Assembly: GCA_964461305.1 (NCBI GenBank)
Contig: CAYWTV010000002.1
Span: forward strand, 56,942-120,941
Source: an uncultured Peptoniphilaceae bacterium
GTDB lineage: Bacteria > Bacillota > Clostridia > Tissierellales > Peptoniphilaceae
Direction: 5' to 3'
DNA: 64,000 nt
Shown here: one piece after another, positions 1-10,575 of the stretch
Position numbering within the stretch: position 1 is the first letter of the stretch
Layout of the letters: each line of letters begins with the position of its first letter
Notes under the pieces: model-generated
What the model saw: only the letters and a program-made list of their open reading frames with translations
Told to the model about the DNA's origin: nothing
Databases searched by the model: none
Program-made: the position numbers and the translations under genes

Positions 1-1107
1 GTAGATACAGAACTTTTAAAAAAGATTATTCTTGGAGTTGTAGCAGTTTTATTTATTTTATTATTGATGAGAAGATATTCCATTTTAGGCAGGGTTTTAG
101 CTGCGGGAATTATTGCAACGATTTTAGCATATATTCTAAATCCCCTTGTGGATAAATTAGAAGCAAAGGGAAATAATCGAATCGCAAGTGTGGCTATGGT
201 TTATGTAACTATCTTTGTGGTTATCGGAATATTGTTAGTAGTTGTAGTTCCTAAAACTACTATGGAAATTAGAAATCTAGCACTTGAGCTTCCAGCTTAT
301 GCAGAAAACATTTCTAATACTGTATCAGGTTTGTTTGAAGATTTGCCATTAGTTGGGGAAAATCCAGCTTATGAAACAATAAGTAATTCAGTACAAAGTT
401 CATATGAATCTATTATCGACGATTTAATGAATTGGGTTAGAAATTCTGCATCTAGAATTACTGTATTAATTACTCACTTTGTTCAAAACTTTATTAGTGT
501 AATATTGTCCTTGGTTTTAGTTTTAATCATGACTTTTTACTTTTTAGTAGATAAAAGACTTTACACTAATAAGATTCAAGGATTTATACCTAATTCACTT
601 AGAACAGATATTTCTTATCTTTCTGAAAAGATAAACACTGTTTTATCTGAATTTATAAGAGGAAGAATTATTCTTGCAGTATTTGTAGGTATATTAACTG
701 CTATACTACTTTTAATACTTAGAATAGATTTTGCCATAGTTATAGGAATAATCACATGCATTGCAGACATTATACCTTATATTGGTCCATTGTTAGGATT
801 TGTTCCAGCGTTTTTATTTGCCTTAATAGAATCACCTGTTAAAGCACTTATAGTTGCTATATTTTATGTTTTCATTCAATGGGCTGAGAACAACATTCTA
901 GCTCCTAAGATAATTGGAGATAGTATGGGACTAAATCCACTATTTATTTTCTTATCAATTATTATCGGTGGAGGTATATTTGGTGTATGGGGAATGGTAG
1001 TTTCAGTACCCCTTGCAGCAATAGCATTAATATTAATAGATTTTTTCAAAGCTAAATATAAACAAAATCAGCTGAAAGAAGAAAAGGACGGAAATTATAA
1101 AATATGA
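1..1107 (+). CDS. AI-2E family transporter (PerM/YtvI-like permease). The frame is open from base 1, so the gene is probably 5'-truncated by the window edge (ORF-track start is 64)
   Basis: Multi-TM protein with the AI-2E C-terminal core (DIIPYIGPLLGFVP...ENNILAPKIIGDSMGLNPL). The in-frame sequence upstream of base 64 (VDTELLKKIILGVVAVLFILLL) looks like the first TM helix. Confidence 0.8.
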   Translation, partial: VDTELLKKIILGVVAVLFILLLMRRYSILGRVLAAGIIATILAYILNPLVDKLEAKGNNRIASVAMVYVTIFVVIGILLVVVVPKTTMEIRNLALELPAYAENISNTVSGLFEDLPLVGENPAYETISNSVQSSYESIIDDLMNWVRNSASRITVLITHFVQNFISVILSLVLVLIMTFYFLVDKRLYTNKIQGFIPNSLRTDISYLSEKINTVLSEFIRGRIILAVFVGILTAILLLILRIDFAIVIGIITCIADIIPYIGPLLGFVPAFLFALIESPVKALIVAIFYVFIQWAENNILAPKIIGDSMGLNPLFIFLSIIIGGGIFGVWGMVVSVPLAAIALILIDFFKAKYKQNQLKEEKDGNYKI

Positions 1108-3743
1108 AAAAAATGGGTTTACACGAAATTAGAAGAGAATTTTTAGATTTTTTTAAAGAAAAAGAGCATCTTGTAAAAGACAGTTATTCATTAGTTCCCA
1201 TTAATGATAATTCCCTTTTACTTATAGGAGCTGGTATGGCTCCATTAAAAAAATATTTTACTGGAGAATTAGTACCTCCTAAGTCTAAAATGGCTACTTG
1301 TCAAAAATGTATGCGTACTGGAGATTTAGAAAATGTTGGAGTAACTGCTAGACACGCTACTTTTTTTGAAATGTTAGGTAATTTTTCTTTTGGAGATTAT
1401 TTTAAAAAAGAAGCTATTCATTGGGCTTGGGAGTTTCTTGTAGATAGATTAGAACTAAATCCAGAGGATTTATGGGTTTCAGTTTATTTAGATGATGACG
1501 AGGCTTATAATATTTGGGAAAAGGAAATAGGTATCCCAAAAGAAAGAATAGTTCGCCTTGGAAAAGAAGACAATTTTTGGGAATTAGAAGTTGGACCTTC
1601 AGGACCATGTTCAGAAATACACGTTGATAGAGGAGAAAAATACGGCTGTGGAGATCCAGACTGTAAGCCAGGTTGTGATTGTGATAGATTTTTAGAAGTT
1701 TGGAATCTTGTATTTACTCAATTCAATAAAGATGAAGAAGGAGTATATCATCCACTTTCTCATCCTAATATAGATACAGGAATGGGACTTGAAAGATTGA
1801 CTACTGTTTTAGAAAATGCCGACAATATTTTCGAAATAGAAGCAATCCAAGATATTATTAAAAAAATTGAAGAAATTTCCAATTATAAATATAAATCAGA
1901 TCCAAAGTTAGATATGTCAGTAAGAGTAATTACAGATCACGTTAGAGCTATGACTTTTATGGCATCTGATATGATAGTTCCTAGTAATGAAGGCAGAGGA
2001 TACGTAATGAGAAGAATCATTAGAAGAGCTGCTAGACATGGAAAAATTTTAGGAATAAATAGGCCATTTTTAAATGAAATCTCTCAAGTGGTTATAGATT
2101 CTTGGTCTATTAATTATAAAGACTTAAAGAAAAATGAAGATAGAATTAAATCAGTAATTAAAACTGAAGAAGATAAATTTTCTCAAACTATAGATCATGG
2201 AATCGAAATACTAAATTCATATATAACAGATTTAGAATCTAAAAATGAAAAAGTTCTATCAGGAAAAGATGCCTTTAAATTATACGACACTTATGGTTTT
2301 CCTCTAGATTTAACAAAAGAAATTTTAACTGAAAAAAATATCTCTGTTGATGAAGAAGAATTCCAAAATGAAATGGAATCCCAAAGGAAACGAGCTAGGG
2401 AAGCTTCTCAAAATACTGACAACATTGGTTGGTCATCTCAAGATTCAGGTTTAGAAATTGAAGAAGAAAAAACAGAATTTTTAGGATATGTTTGTGATTT
2501 TTCAGATGGAAAAGTGTTAAAAATTATTAAAGACAATGAATTTTTAGATGAGTTATCTAAAGATGAAAAAGGTGGAATTATACTTGATAAAACCCCATTT
2601 TATGGTGAAGGTGGAGGTCAAGTTGGAGATATAGGTAAAATCTATAGTGAAAACTTTGAATTTAAAGTAACAAATACTAAAAAAACTCACTCTGGAGTAA
2701 TAATTCACATTGGAGAAGTAGTTAAAGGTAGCGTAAAACTTGATGAATTAGTAACTACTGAAATTAATATTGAGAGAAGAAATGCCATAAAGAGAAATCA
2801 CAGTGCTACCCACTTGTTACACAAAGCTTTAAAAGTAGTATTAGGAGATCACGTAAATCAAGGGGGAAGTGAAGTAAATGATAAGTCTTTCAGATTTGAC
2901 TTTTCTCATTATGAAGCTGTTCCTAAAGACAAATTAGAAGAAATTGAAGAGCTTGTAAATGACTACATTTATTCTGAAACATATTCAGACATTTACGAAA
3001 AATCCATAGAAGAAGCTTATGAAGAAGGAGCAATTGGACTTTTTGAAGATAAATATGAAGACAAGGTTAGAATTGTAAGTTTTCCAAATATTTCTAAAGA
3101 ACTATGTGGAGGAACTCATGTAGACAAGACTTCAGACATTGGGATTTTTAAAATATTATCAGAAACAGGAATAGCTTCAGGAGTTAGAAGAATTGAAGCA
3201 ACTACTGGTAAAAATGTATATAATATTTTAAAATCCTTAGAAGATAGAGAAAATAAATTAATAGCTACCTTAAAGGGAAATAAAGAAAATGTATTAGATA
3301 AGGCAAAGGCTCTAGTTGAAAATAACAAAGAACTTGAAAAAGAAATTCAAAAACTTAATAAATCTAATCTTAGAGATAATTTAGAATCTATTTTAGAAAA
3401 TTCTCAAGATCTAGAAGATATTAAGATAATAACATCTAGAATAGACAATCAAGATGTAAATACCCTTAGAGACTTGGCAGATGAACTTAGAGATAAATCT
3501 GAAAATTCTGTTATAGTATTAGGTACAGCTGTAGATGACAAAGTAAACTTTGTAGTTGCAGTATCTAAGTCTTTAATACCTAGGGGAGTTCACGCAGGAA
3601 AAATTATAAAAGAAGTTGCAGCTATTACATCAGGTGGTGGTGGCGGTAGACCTGATATGGCTACAGCAGGTGGTAAAAAGGTCGAAAAGCTTGACGAAGC
3701 TTTAAATTCGGTGTACCATATACTTGAGAAATTAATGAAATAA
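1104..3743 (+). CDS. alaS: Alanine--tRNA ligase
   Basis: 879 aa. Class II AlaRS core (FFEMLGNFSFGDYFK, WNLVFTQFN), editing-domain HxxxH (NHSATHLLH) with CGGTH, and a C-terminal DHHA1-type GGGGGRPDMA. ATGA start/stop overlap with the upstream gene. Confidence 0.97.
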   Translation: MKKMGLHEIRREFLDFFKEKEHLVKDSYSLVPINDNSLLLIGAGMAPLKKYFTGELVPPKSKMATCQKCMRTGDLENVGVTARHATFFEMLGNFSFGDYFKKEAIHWAWEFLVDRLELNPEDLWVSVYLDDDEAYNIWEKEIGIPKERIVRLGKEDNFWELEVGPSGPCSEIHVDRGEKYGCGDPDCKPGCDCDRFLEVWNLVFTQFNKDEEGVYHPLSHPNIDTGMGLERLTTVLENADNIFEIEAIQDIIKKIEEISNYKYKSDPKLDMSVRVITDHVRAMTFMASDMIVPSNEGRGYVMRRIIRRAARHGKILGINRPFLNEISQVVIDSWSINYKDLKKNEDRIKSVIKTEEDKFSQTIDHGIEILNSYITDLESKNEKVLSGKDAFKLYDTYGFPLDLTKEILTEKNISVDEEEFQNEMESQRKRAREASQNTDNIGWSSQDSGLEIEEEKTEFLGYVCDFSDGKVLKIIKDNEFLDELSKDEKGGIILDKTPFYGEGGGQVGDIGKIYSENFEFKVTNTKKTHSGVIIHIGEVVKGSVKLDELVTTEINIERRNAIKRNHSATHLLHKALKVVLGDHVNQGGSEVNDKSFRFDFSHYEAVPKDKLEEIEELVNDYIYSETYSDIYEKSIEEAYEEGAIGLFEDKYEDKVRIVSFPNISKELCGGTHVDKTSDIGIFKILSETGIASGVRRIEATTGKNVYNILKSLEDRENKLIATLKGNKENVLDKAKALVENNKELEKEIQKLNKSNLRDNLESILENSQDLEDIKIITSRIDNQDVNTLRDLADELRDKSENSVIVLGTAVDDKVNFVVAVSKSLIPRGVHAGKIIKEVAAITSGGGGGRPDMATAGGKKVEKLDEALNSVYHILEKLMK

Positions 3744-3754
3744 GTTAAAGAGAG

Positions 3755-4024
3755 ATGAGTGAAATTATGACAGAAAACAAAAATTTAGAAACTCAAAAAT
3801 TTTCAAAGGTTAAAGATTTAACTTCAGTTCAAACTATATTAAAAGAAGTATTTAAATCTTTAGAAGAAAAAGGTTATGAGCCTTATGACCAAATAATTGG
3901 ATACATTTTATCAGGTGATCCAACTTACATTACTAGTCATAACAATGCTCGTTCCCTAATTCGAGAAATTGAAAGGGAAAGATTATTAGAAGAACTATTA
4001 AAGGATTTTCTAAAGGATCAATAA
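3755..4024 (+). CDS. IreB-family regulatory phosphoprotein (UPF0297/DUF965, YrzL-like)
   Basis: 89 aa with [30 protein letters not shown], the hallmark of the family. Lies directly after alaS, as in Bacillus. Confidence 0.85.
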   Translation: MSEIMTENKNLETQKFSKVKDLTSVQTILKEVFKSLEEKGYEPYDQIIGYILSGDPTYITSHNNARSLIREIERERLLEELLKDFLKDQ

Positions 4025-4033
4025 AATAATTTT

Positions 4034-4120
4034 TAAGTCATCTACTCCAAAGACTTTTATACTTTACGAAATATTGTAATTTTTTGTATCACAATCTTTG
4101 GAAAGGTGACTTATTTTTTT
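4034..4120 (+). terminator. Long interrupted hairpin plus T-tract; putative intrinsic terminator of the alaS-ireB unit
   Basis: TAAGTCA/TGACTTA (4034-4040 / 4108-4114) and TCCAAAGA/TCTTTGGA (4046-4053 / 4096-4103) pair around a 42-nt interior. The hairpin is followed by TTTTTT at 4115-4120. Confidence 0.45.
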
Positions 4121-4131
4121 GAAAAAAAGGA

Positions 4132-5085
4132 ATGATAATGGAATATAGAAAACTAGGTAAAACCGATTTAAAAGTTAGTAGACTTTGTTTCGGTAGTTTA
4201 ACCATGACAAAATCCCAAAGAAATCTCTCACTAAATGAAGCAAGGAAACTTTTAAATTATTCATTTAACGAAGGAATTAATTTTATAGATACAGCAGAAT
4301 TGTATGATAATTATCATTTAATACGAGAAGTTTTTAAGGATATAAATAGAGAAAATTTTATTATTGCTTCTAAAACTTACGCCTATTCTAAAGAAGCTGC
4401 TAGGGATTCTTTAAACAAATACTTAAAGGAACTAAAAACTGACTATGCAGATATATTCTTACTTCACGAACAAGAAAGTGAGCATACTTTAAGAGGGCAT
4501 TATGAAGCTTTAGAAGAACTGTGGAAACTAAAAGAAAAAGGGTATATAAAAGCCATAGGAATTTCCACTCATAAAGTACAAGGAGTCAAGGCAGCTAGAG
4601 ACTTTAAAGAAATAGACATTATTCACCCAATGGCAAATTTAGAAGGTCTAGGTATTTTAGATGGAAGTATCGATGATATGCTTTATGAGATAAAAAAAGC
4701 AAGGGAAGAAAATATTGGCATTTATGCCATGAAAGTTTTAGGTGGAGGACATCTTATTACTAAAAGTGAAGATGCCATTAAGTGGGCAGTTGAAAATGAT
4801 AATTTTGATTCTATTGCCATTGGAATGCAATCAGAATTAGAAGTAAAATCTAATTCACTTTTAATCAATAAAAAAGATGTCCCTAAAGAACTTAAGGATA
4901 AATTAAGAAAAACCAATCGACAAATTAGCGTAGAAGAGTACTGCATTGGATGTGGAAAATGCAAATCAAAATGCAAAAGTAATGCAATTGAGATTATAGA
5001 TTCTAAGGCGGTAATAAATAAAGACTGCATATTATGTGGTTATTGCGCTAGTGTATGTCCGGATTTTTATATAAAGGTACATTAA
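4132..5085 (+). CDS. Aldo/keto reductase fused to a C-terminal 2x[4Fe-4S] ferredoxin-like domain (COG1453-type)
   Basis: AKR N-terminal signature (YRKLGKTDLKVSRLCFGS, GINFIDTAELY). The C-terminus has CIGCGKCKSKC and CILCGYCASVCP. ATG at 4138 has better spacing from the AGGA RBS and may be the real start. Confidence 0.85.
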   Translation: MIMEYRKLGKTDLKVSRLCFGSLTMTKSQRNLSLNEARKLLNYSFNEGINFIDTAELYDNYHLIREVFKDINRENFIIASKTYAYSKEAARDSLNKYLKELKTDYADIFLLHEQESEHTLRGHYEALEELWKLKEKGYIKAIGISTHKVQGVKAARDFKEIDIIHPMANLEGLGILDGSIDDMLYEIKKAREENIGIYAMKVLGGGHLITKSEDAIKWAVENDNFDSIAIGMQSELEVKSNSLLINKKDVPKELKDKLRKTNRQISVEEYCIGCGKCKSKCKSNAIEIIDSKAVINKDCILCGYCASVCPDFYIKVH

Positions 5086-5086
5086 A

Positions 5087-5497
5087 TTGAAAAGATATTT
5101 AGGTTTAGATGTTGGAGAAAAAACCATTGGTGTAGCAGTAAGTGACCCGTTGGGTTATACAGCCCAAGGGATAACCACCATAAAAAGATTTAGTAATAAA
5201 GAGGACTTTAATAAAGTCAAAGAATATATAGATGAGTATGATGTAGAAGCTGTTGTAGTTGGCATGCCCTATAATATGAATGGTACTATCGGACCATCAG
5301 GGGAAATGGCACAAAAATTTGCAACTAAATTAAAAAACAAGTATAATATTGAAATTATTTTTCAAGATGAACGTATGACTTCTCTTTCTGCCCAAAGAAT
5401 ATTAATTGAAGGTGGAGTTAGAAGGGAAAACAGAAAACAGTATATAGATAAAATAGCAGCTGTATTTATACTTCAGTCTTTTTTAGACTCAAACTGA
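5087..5497 (+). CDS. ruvX: Putative pre-16S rRNA nuclease / Holliday junction resolvase-like protein YqgF
   Basis: 136 aa with LGLDVGEKTIGVAVSD at the N-terminus and DERMTS near the C-terminus. TTG start. Confidence 0.9.
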   Translation: MKRYLGLDVGEKTIGVAVSDPLGYTAQGITTIKRFSNKEDFNKVKEYIDEYDVEAVVVGMPYNMNGTIGPSGEMAQKFATKLKNKYNIEIIFQDERMTSLSAQRILIEGGVRRENRKQYIDKIAAVFILQSFLDSN

Positions 5498-5509
5498 AAG
5501 GATGATTAA

Positions 5510-5755
5510 ATGCAAAAGTTAGCATTTACAGATGAATTCGGAAACCAACAAGACTATATAATTAAAGCAAAATTTAATTTAGGATATTCAAAATATATAG
5601 CAATCCTTCCTGCAGAAGAGATTCAATCACCAACTTATATACTTAGGGTAGATACTGATGACTCAGGAAACGAAATTCTAGTGGGTATAGACGAAGAAGA
5701 ACTTAAAATAGTTTCTAAAGCATACGAAGAGGTTAAGGAAGAAACTATTCAATAA
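5510..5755 (+). CDS. DUF1292 family protein (YrzB-like)
   Basis: 81 aa acidic protein. Position after ruvX matches B. subtilis yrzB. Family recognition only. Confidence 0.7.
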   Translation: MQKLAFTDEFGNQQDYIIKAKFNLGYSKYIAILPAEEIQSPTYILRVDTDDSGNEILVGIDEEELKIVSKAYEEVKEETIQ

Positions 5756-5767
5756 GGAGTAAATAAA

Positions 5768-6205
5768 GTGACTAGATTAGACAAAGCTTATGAGAAGCTT
5801 AGAGAAAAAGGCTATAAAACCACAGCACCAAGAAAAATATTATTAGATTTTTTAGATAAAGAAAATAATAAGCATTTATCTTGTGATGAAATATATGACA
5901 GAATATCAAAGGACCACCCAAACATTGGAATAGCAACAGTATATAGAAATATTCAATTGTTTGAAGAATTAAATATAACTACAAAACTCACACTAGATGA
6001 TGGAATTGGTAGATACGAATTATCTAATTTAGATGATAAAACCCACCAACACCATCACTTAGTATGTATTTCTTGTAACAAATTGATAGAAGTAAAGGAA
6101 GATTTACTCGGAGTATTAGAAAAGGAAATAGAAAATGAACACAATTTTGAAATTGTAGATCACGACTTGAAATTCTATGGCTACTGCGACGAGTGTAGAA
6201 AATAA
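5768..6205 (+). CDS. Fur family transcriptional regulator (Fur/PerR/Zur; subtype not resolvable)
   Basis: 145 aa. Winged-helix segment ATVYRNIQLFEE, a His cluster THQHHHLVC, and two CxxC pairs (CISC..., CDEC). GTG start. Confidence 0.85.
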   Translation: MTRLDKAYEKLREKGYKTTAPRKILLDFLDKENNKHLSCDEIYDRISKDHPNIGIATVYRNIQLFEELNITTKLTLDDGIGRYELSNLDDKTHQHHHLVCISCNKLIEVKEDLLGVLEKEIENEHNFEIVDHDLKFYGYCDECRK

Positions 6206-6216
6206 AGGGAGTAACA

Positions 6217-7884
6217 ATGAAAAACACGAATAAACTAAGATTCATTCCAATTGGTGGAATGAATGAAATAGGAAAGAATATGTTTGTAATCGAGTATAGA
6301 GACGATATGATTATAATCGATTGCGGCATGACTTTTCCTGAAGAACAAATGCTGGGAATAGATGTGGTAATACCTGATTTCTCGTATTTGCAAGAAAACA
6401 AACATAAGATAAGAGGTATGGTGTTGACCCATGGTCATGAAGATCATATTGGGGCAATACCATATTTCATGAAAGAAGTAGGAAATGTAGATATTTATGG
6501 AACTGCTTTAACACTTGGATTATTAAAAAATAAATTACAAGAACATAAATTATCAGATGCTAAACTCCACAGAGTTTCATATGGAGATATTTTAAAACTT
6601 GGGAAAATGGAAGTAGAATTTATACAAACTACCCATTCAATCCCTCAAAGTTCAGCAATAGCAATTAGAACTCCACAAGGAAATATCATCCATACAGGAG
6701 ATTTTAAAGTGGACTTTACTCCAATAGATGGAGATGGAATAGACTTAAATAGACTGGCCCAATATGGAGCAGAAGGTGTTGAATTATTAATAAGTGACTC
6801 TACAAATGCCCATAGAAAAGGATATACTATGAGTGAGAAAGTAGTAGGCCAAACATTTGATAATCTATTTGCTAAACATCAGGACAAAAGAATTATAGTT
6901 GCTACTTTTGCATCTAATGTCCATAGAGTTCAACAAATAATAAATTCTGCAGAAAAATATGGAAGAAAAATAATTTTATCTGGTAGATCTATGTTAAATG
7001 TTGTAGGAACTGCTAGAGAATTAGGACTTATAAAAGTTGAAAAAGACACTATTGTAGATATTAATGAAATGCACAAATTCGATCCTAATGAATTGACATT
7101 TATTACTACTGGATCACAAGGAGAACCCTTTAGTGCTTTAACTAGAATTTCAAATGGAGAGCACAAAAAGATTCAAGTTACTAAAGACGATGTAGTAATA
7201 TTATCTGCTAGTTCAATTCCTGGTAATGAAGTTGCTATAAATGGAGTAATAAACAACTTAATGGAAAAAGGGACAGAAGTAATTCATCAAACCCTTTCAG
7301 AAATTCACGTATCAGGCCATGCCTGTGAAGAAGAGCTAAAGTTAATAATGAGTCTTACAAAACCAAAGTATATTTTGCCATTCCATGGTGAAATGATGCA
7401 AATGAAGGCTCATGAAAAAATAGCTCACAAAATGGGAATTCCTGAAGAAAATGTAATGATGATTGCAAATGGTGATGTATTAGAACTTGATCACAATGGA
7501 ATGAAGGTTAGTTCTTCTGTTCAAGCTGGTGCTGTATTAGTAGATGGCCTAGGTATTGGTGATGTTGGAAATATTGTTTTAAGAGATAGAAAATGGTTAT
7601 CTGAAGATGGTCTAATTATAGTAGTAGTAACTTTATCTAAGAAAACAGGAAAAGTAGTATCTGGACCTGATATTGTATCTAGAGGATTTGTATATGTTAG
7701 AGAATCAGGAGATTTAATGACAGATGCCAAAGAAGTAGTAAGAAGAACATTACAAAGCTTAGAAAGCAGAGGTAATTCAGATTGGAACACCTTAAAGACT
7801 GAAATCAAAGACGATTTAAAGGACTTTATAAACAAAGAAATGCAAAGAAAACCAATGATATTACCTATAATTATGGAAGTATAA
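6217..7884 (+). CDS. rnj: Ribonuclease J
   Basis: 555 aa. Metallo-beta-lactamase motif THGHEDHIGAIPY, beta-CASP region and RNase J C-terminal domain. Confidence 0.93.
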   Translation: MKNTNKLRFIPIGGMNEIGKNMFVIEYRDDMIIIDCGMTFPEEQMLGIDVVIPDFSYLQENKHKIRGMVLTHGHEDHIGAIPYFMKEVGNVDIYGTALTLGLLKNKLQEHKLSDAKLHRVSYGDILKLGKMEVEFIQTTHSIPQSSAIAIRTPQGNIIHTGDFKVDFTPIDGDGIDLNRLAQYGAEGVELLISDSTNAHRKGYTMSEKVVGQTFDNLFAKHQDKRIIVATFASNVHRVQQIINSAEKYGRKIILSGRSMLNVVGTARELGLIKVEKDTIVDINEMHKFDPNELTFITTGSQGEPFSALTRISNGEHKKIQVTKDDVVILSASSIPGNEVAINGVINNLMEKGTEVIHQTLSEIHVSGHACEEELKLIMSLTKPKYILPFHGEMMQMKAHEKIAHKMGIPEENVMMIANGDVLELDHNGMKVSSSVQAGAVLVDGLGIGDVGNIVLRDRKWLSEDGLIIVVVTLSKKTGKVVSGPDIVSRGFVYVRESGDLMTDAKEVVRRTLQSLESRGNSDWNTLKTEIKDDLKDFINKEMQRKPMILPIIMEV

Positions 7885-8531
7885 TGAATCAAATAAATAA
7901 AGATTATATAGAAGAATATTTATACGAGAATCTTAAAGAGAAAAGTGATTTTTTAACGTCTTTGGAAAAGGAGGCGTTGGAAAATCACATTCCTATTATT
8001 AGTCCTGAAGTTGGACAATTTTTAAGGTTCTTAATTAAATTAAACAATCCTAAAAGGGTTTTAGAAGTTGGAACAGCAATAGGCTTTAGCGGATTAGTTA
8101 TGCTAGATGCTTCTAAAGATATAGAAAAATTAGTTACAATTGAAAAAAGAGAAGACTTAGCCGAAATAGCACTTAAAAATATCGAAGAAGCAAATGAAAA
8201 AAAACGAGTTGAATTAAAAGTAGGTGATGCCTTAGAAGTACTTAAATCTATGGATGATACTTTTGATTTTGTTTTTATAGATGCAGCTAAAGGCCATTAT
8301 GGTGAATACTTTGAAGAGATAAAAAAAATGATAACTCCAAAGGGCGTTATCGTATGCGATAATGTATTATATAAGGGAATGGTTGCAAATGACGATCTAG
8401 TCCTTAGAAGGAAAAAGACGATTGTAAAAAGACTTAGAAATTTTATAAAAGAAGTTACTTATTTAGATGATTATGAATCCACTTTAATACCTATGGGAGA
8501 TGGATTGTTAGTAATAGCGAGGTTAAATTGA
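7884..8531 (+). CDS. Class I SAM-dependent O-methyltransferase, YrrM/TrmR-like
   Basis: 215 aa with VLEVGTAIGFS (SAM motif I) and FDFVFIDAAK. ATGA overlap with rnj. Sits before a U32 peptidase and udk as in B. subtilis yrrM-yrrO-udk. Confidence 0.8.
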   Translation: MNQINKDYIEEYLYENLKEKSDFLTSLEKEALENHIPIISPEVGQFLRFLIKLNNPKRVLEVGTAIGFSGLVMLDASKDIEKLVTIEKREDLAEIALKNIEEANEKKRVELKVGDALEVLKSMDDTFDFVFIDAAKGHYGEYFEEIKKMITPKGVIVCDNVLYKGMVANDDLVLRRKKTIVKRLRNFIKEVTYLDDYESTLIPMGDGLLVIARLN

Positions 8532-9757
8532 AAAAAGTAGAATTATTAGCCCCAGCAGGGGATTTGACAAAATTAAAAATAGCAGTTTTATATGGAGCAG
8601 ATGCTGTTTACCTAGGTGGAGAGTCTTTTGGTCTTAGAAAAAGATCTAAAAATTTCTCCTTAGATCAAATTGAAGAAGGGGTAAATTTCGCCCACGAACG
8701 AGGAGTAAAAGTTTATGTAACTTTAAATATTATTCCTCACAATGAAGACTTTGAAGGACTAGAAGATTATGTTAAAAAACTTGAAGAAATAAAGGTAGAT
8801 GCTGTATTAGTAGCTGATCCTGGAATGTTTATGAAAATACAAAAGATTTCACCAAATATGGACATTCATATTTCCACCCAAGCAAGTGTTACAAACTACG
8901 ACACTGTAATGTTTTGGTACAATTTAGGTGCAAAGAGAATAGTTCTTGCAAGGGAATTGTCTTTAGAGGAAATCAAAAGTATAACAGATAGACTTCCTGA
9001 AGATTTAGAAATCGAAACCTTTGTCCATGGTGCAATGTGCATGTCCTATTCAGGAAGATGCTTAATTAGTAATTATATGTTAGGTAGAGATGCAAACAGG
9101 GGAGATTGTGCCCATCCATGTAGATACAAATACAATCTAGTTGAAGAAACTAGACCTGGAGAGTTTTTCCCAGTTTATGAAGACGATGATGGAACATTTA
9201 TAATGAATTCAAAGGATTTGTGTATGATTCACTCTTTACCTGATATGATAAATGCGGGGATAGACAGTCTTAAAATAGAAGGTAGAGTAAAGGGGATCTA
9301 TTATGTGGCAACAGTTATTAGATCTTACAGAATGGCCCTAGATGAATATTACAAAGATCCTGAAAATTATAAATTCAATGAAAAGTATTTAGATGAAATT
9401 AAAAAAGCTAGTTATAGAGATTTTACAACTGGATTTTTTGAAGGAAAACCTAGGGAAGATGCTCAAGTTTATGCTACTTCTAGTTATATAAGGGGATATG
9501 ATTTTCTTGGGGTAGTACTTGATTATGATGAAGAGTCTAAAATGGCTACTATTGAACAGAGAAATAGAATGTTTGTTGGTGACGAAATAGAAGTCTTTGG
9601 TCCTAAAATAGAACATTTTAACCAAAAAATAGAAGTAATGACTGACGATAAGGACAATCCAATAGATGTGGCTCCCCATGCTCAGCAGATTATTAAAATA
9701 AAGATGGATAATCCAGTTTCAAAATACTTCATGCTTAGAAAACCTCAGGAGGATTAG
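8528..9757 (+). CDS. Peptidase U32 family protein (YrrO/TrhP-like)
   Basis: 409 aa with the U32 signature [24 protein letters not shown] start overlaps the upstream stop. Confidence 0.88.
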   Translation: MKKVELLAPAGDLTKLKIAVLYGADAVYLGGESFGLRKRSKNFSLDQIEEGVNFAHERGVKVYVTLNIIPHNEDFEGLEDYVKKLEEIKVDAVLVADPGMFMKIQKISPNMDIHISTQASVTNYDTVMFWYNLGAKRIVLARELSLEEIKSITDRLPEDLEIETFVHGAMCMSYSGRCLISNYMLGRDANRGDCAHPCRYKYNLVEETRPGEFFPVYEDDDGTFIMNSKDLCMIHSLPDMINAGIDSLKIEGRVKGIYYVATVIRSYRMALDEYYKDPENYKFNEKYLDEIKKASYRDFTTGFFEGKPREDAQVYATSSYIRGYDFLGVVLDYDEESKMATIEQRNRMFVGDEIEVFGPKIEHFNQKIEVMTDDKDNPIDVAPHAQQIIKIKMDNPVSKYFMLRKPQED

Positions 9758-9758
9758 A

Positions 9759-10379
9759 ATGGGGAAAAGTGTAATAATAGGTATTTGTGGAGGTTCAGGT
9801 TCAGGAAAGTCAACAGTGGTAAAGGAATTATTAAGTAAAATTCCAGAAGACAAGGTGAGTATTTTAGAAGAGGATTCATACTACAAAGACCAAAGTCATC
9901 TATCCTTTGAAGAAAGATTAGCGACAGATTATGATCATCCTTCAGCCTTTGATCACGAGTTAATGATTTCCCATATATGTGACCTATTAGAGGGAAAACA
10001 TATATCAAAACCAATTTACGACTTTGAAGAAAATAACCGTACTAACAAAACTGTTCATATAGAGCCAAAAGACATTATTATCATAGAAGGTATAATGATT
10101 TTATTTGAAGAATCTGTAAGAAATTTGTTAGATATTAAAGTCTATGTAGATACAGATGCAGATGTTAGGATTGTTAGAAGAATCCTAAGGGATGTTAAGG
10201 AAAGAGGTAGAACTGTGGACTCTGTAATATTACAATACATGTCTAAAGTTAGACCTGCTCACATTCAATTTGTAGAACCATCCAAAAGATATGCAGATAT
10301 TATTATACCAGAAGGTGGCCATAACCAAGTGGCTATAGATTTATTAAGATCTAAAATTAACTCTATTATCAATCACTAA
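9759..10379 (+). CDS. udk: Uridine kinase
   Basis: 206 aa. P-loop [12 protein letters not shown], then YDHPSAFD and [12 protein letters not shown]. Confidence 0.93.
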   Translation: MGKSVIIGICGGSGSGKSTVVKELLSKIPEDKVSILEEDSYYKDQSHLSFEERLATDYDHPSAFDHELMISHICDLLEGKHISKPIYDFEENNRTNKTVHIEPKDIIIIEGIMILFEESVRNLLDIKVYVDTDADVRIVRRILRDVKERGRTVDSVILQYMSKVRPAHIQFVEPSKRYADIIIPEGGHNQVAIDLLRSKINSIINH

Positions 10380-10405
10380 TTATAGATAATATTTCTTTAG
10401 AAGTG

Positions 10406-10434
10406 TTGACAAAAGATGGATAATATGGTTTAAT
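10406..10434 (+). promoter_or_regulatory. Sigma-A-type promoter of the infC operon
   Basis: TTGACA (10406-10411), a 17-nt spacer, then TG-n-TTTAAT (extended -10, 10426-10434). Confidence 0.55.
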
Positions 10435-10435
10435 A

Positions 10436-10563
10436 TGTAAGGTAAGTTAAAAGTAGAAGTACCGCTTCTCACCTCGTGGCCAAGGCCTATAGGTTACAAT
10501 TAGTTATTTATGATAGTAATTTTTTGTGCGGGTACTTTTTGTATCCGCACATATTTTATTTCC
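10436..10563 (+). promoter_or_regulatory. L20-leader-type transcription attenuator upstream of infC-rpmI-rplT
   Basis: Terminator hairpin GTGCGGGTAC/GTATCCGCAC (10526-10550) followed by ATATTTTATTT. The upstream AGTACCGC (10459-10466) can alternatively pair with the terminator 5' arm. The position matches the Firmicute L20 leader. Confidence 0.6.
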
Positions 10564-10575
10564 GGGGGTGTAAAT

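Noticed and set aside
10510-10575. ORF-track ATG start for infC (192-aa version)
   Set aside because: The extra N-terminus (MIVIFCAGTFCIRTYFISGGVN) is translated leader RNA spanning the attenuator hairpin. IF-3 homology only begins at ...KELKINEDIR.
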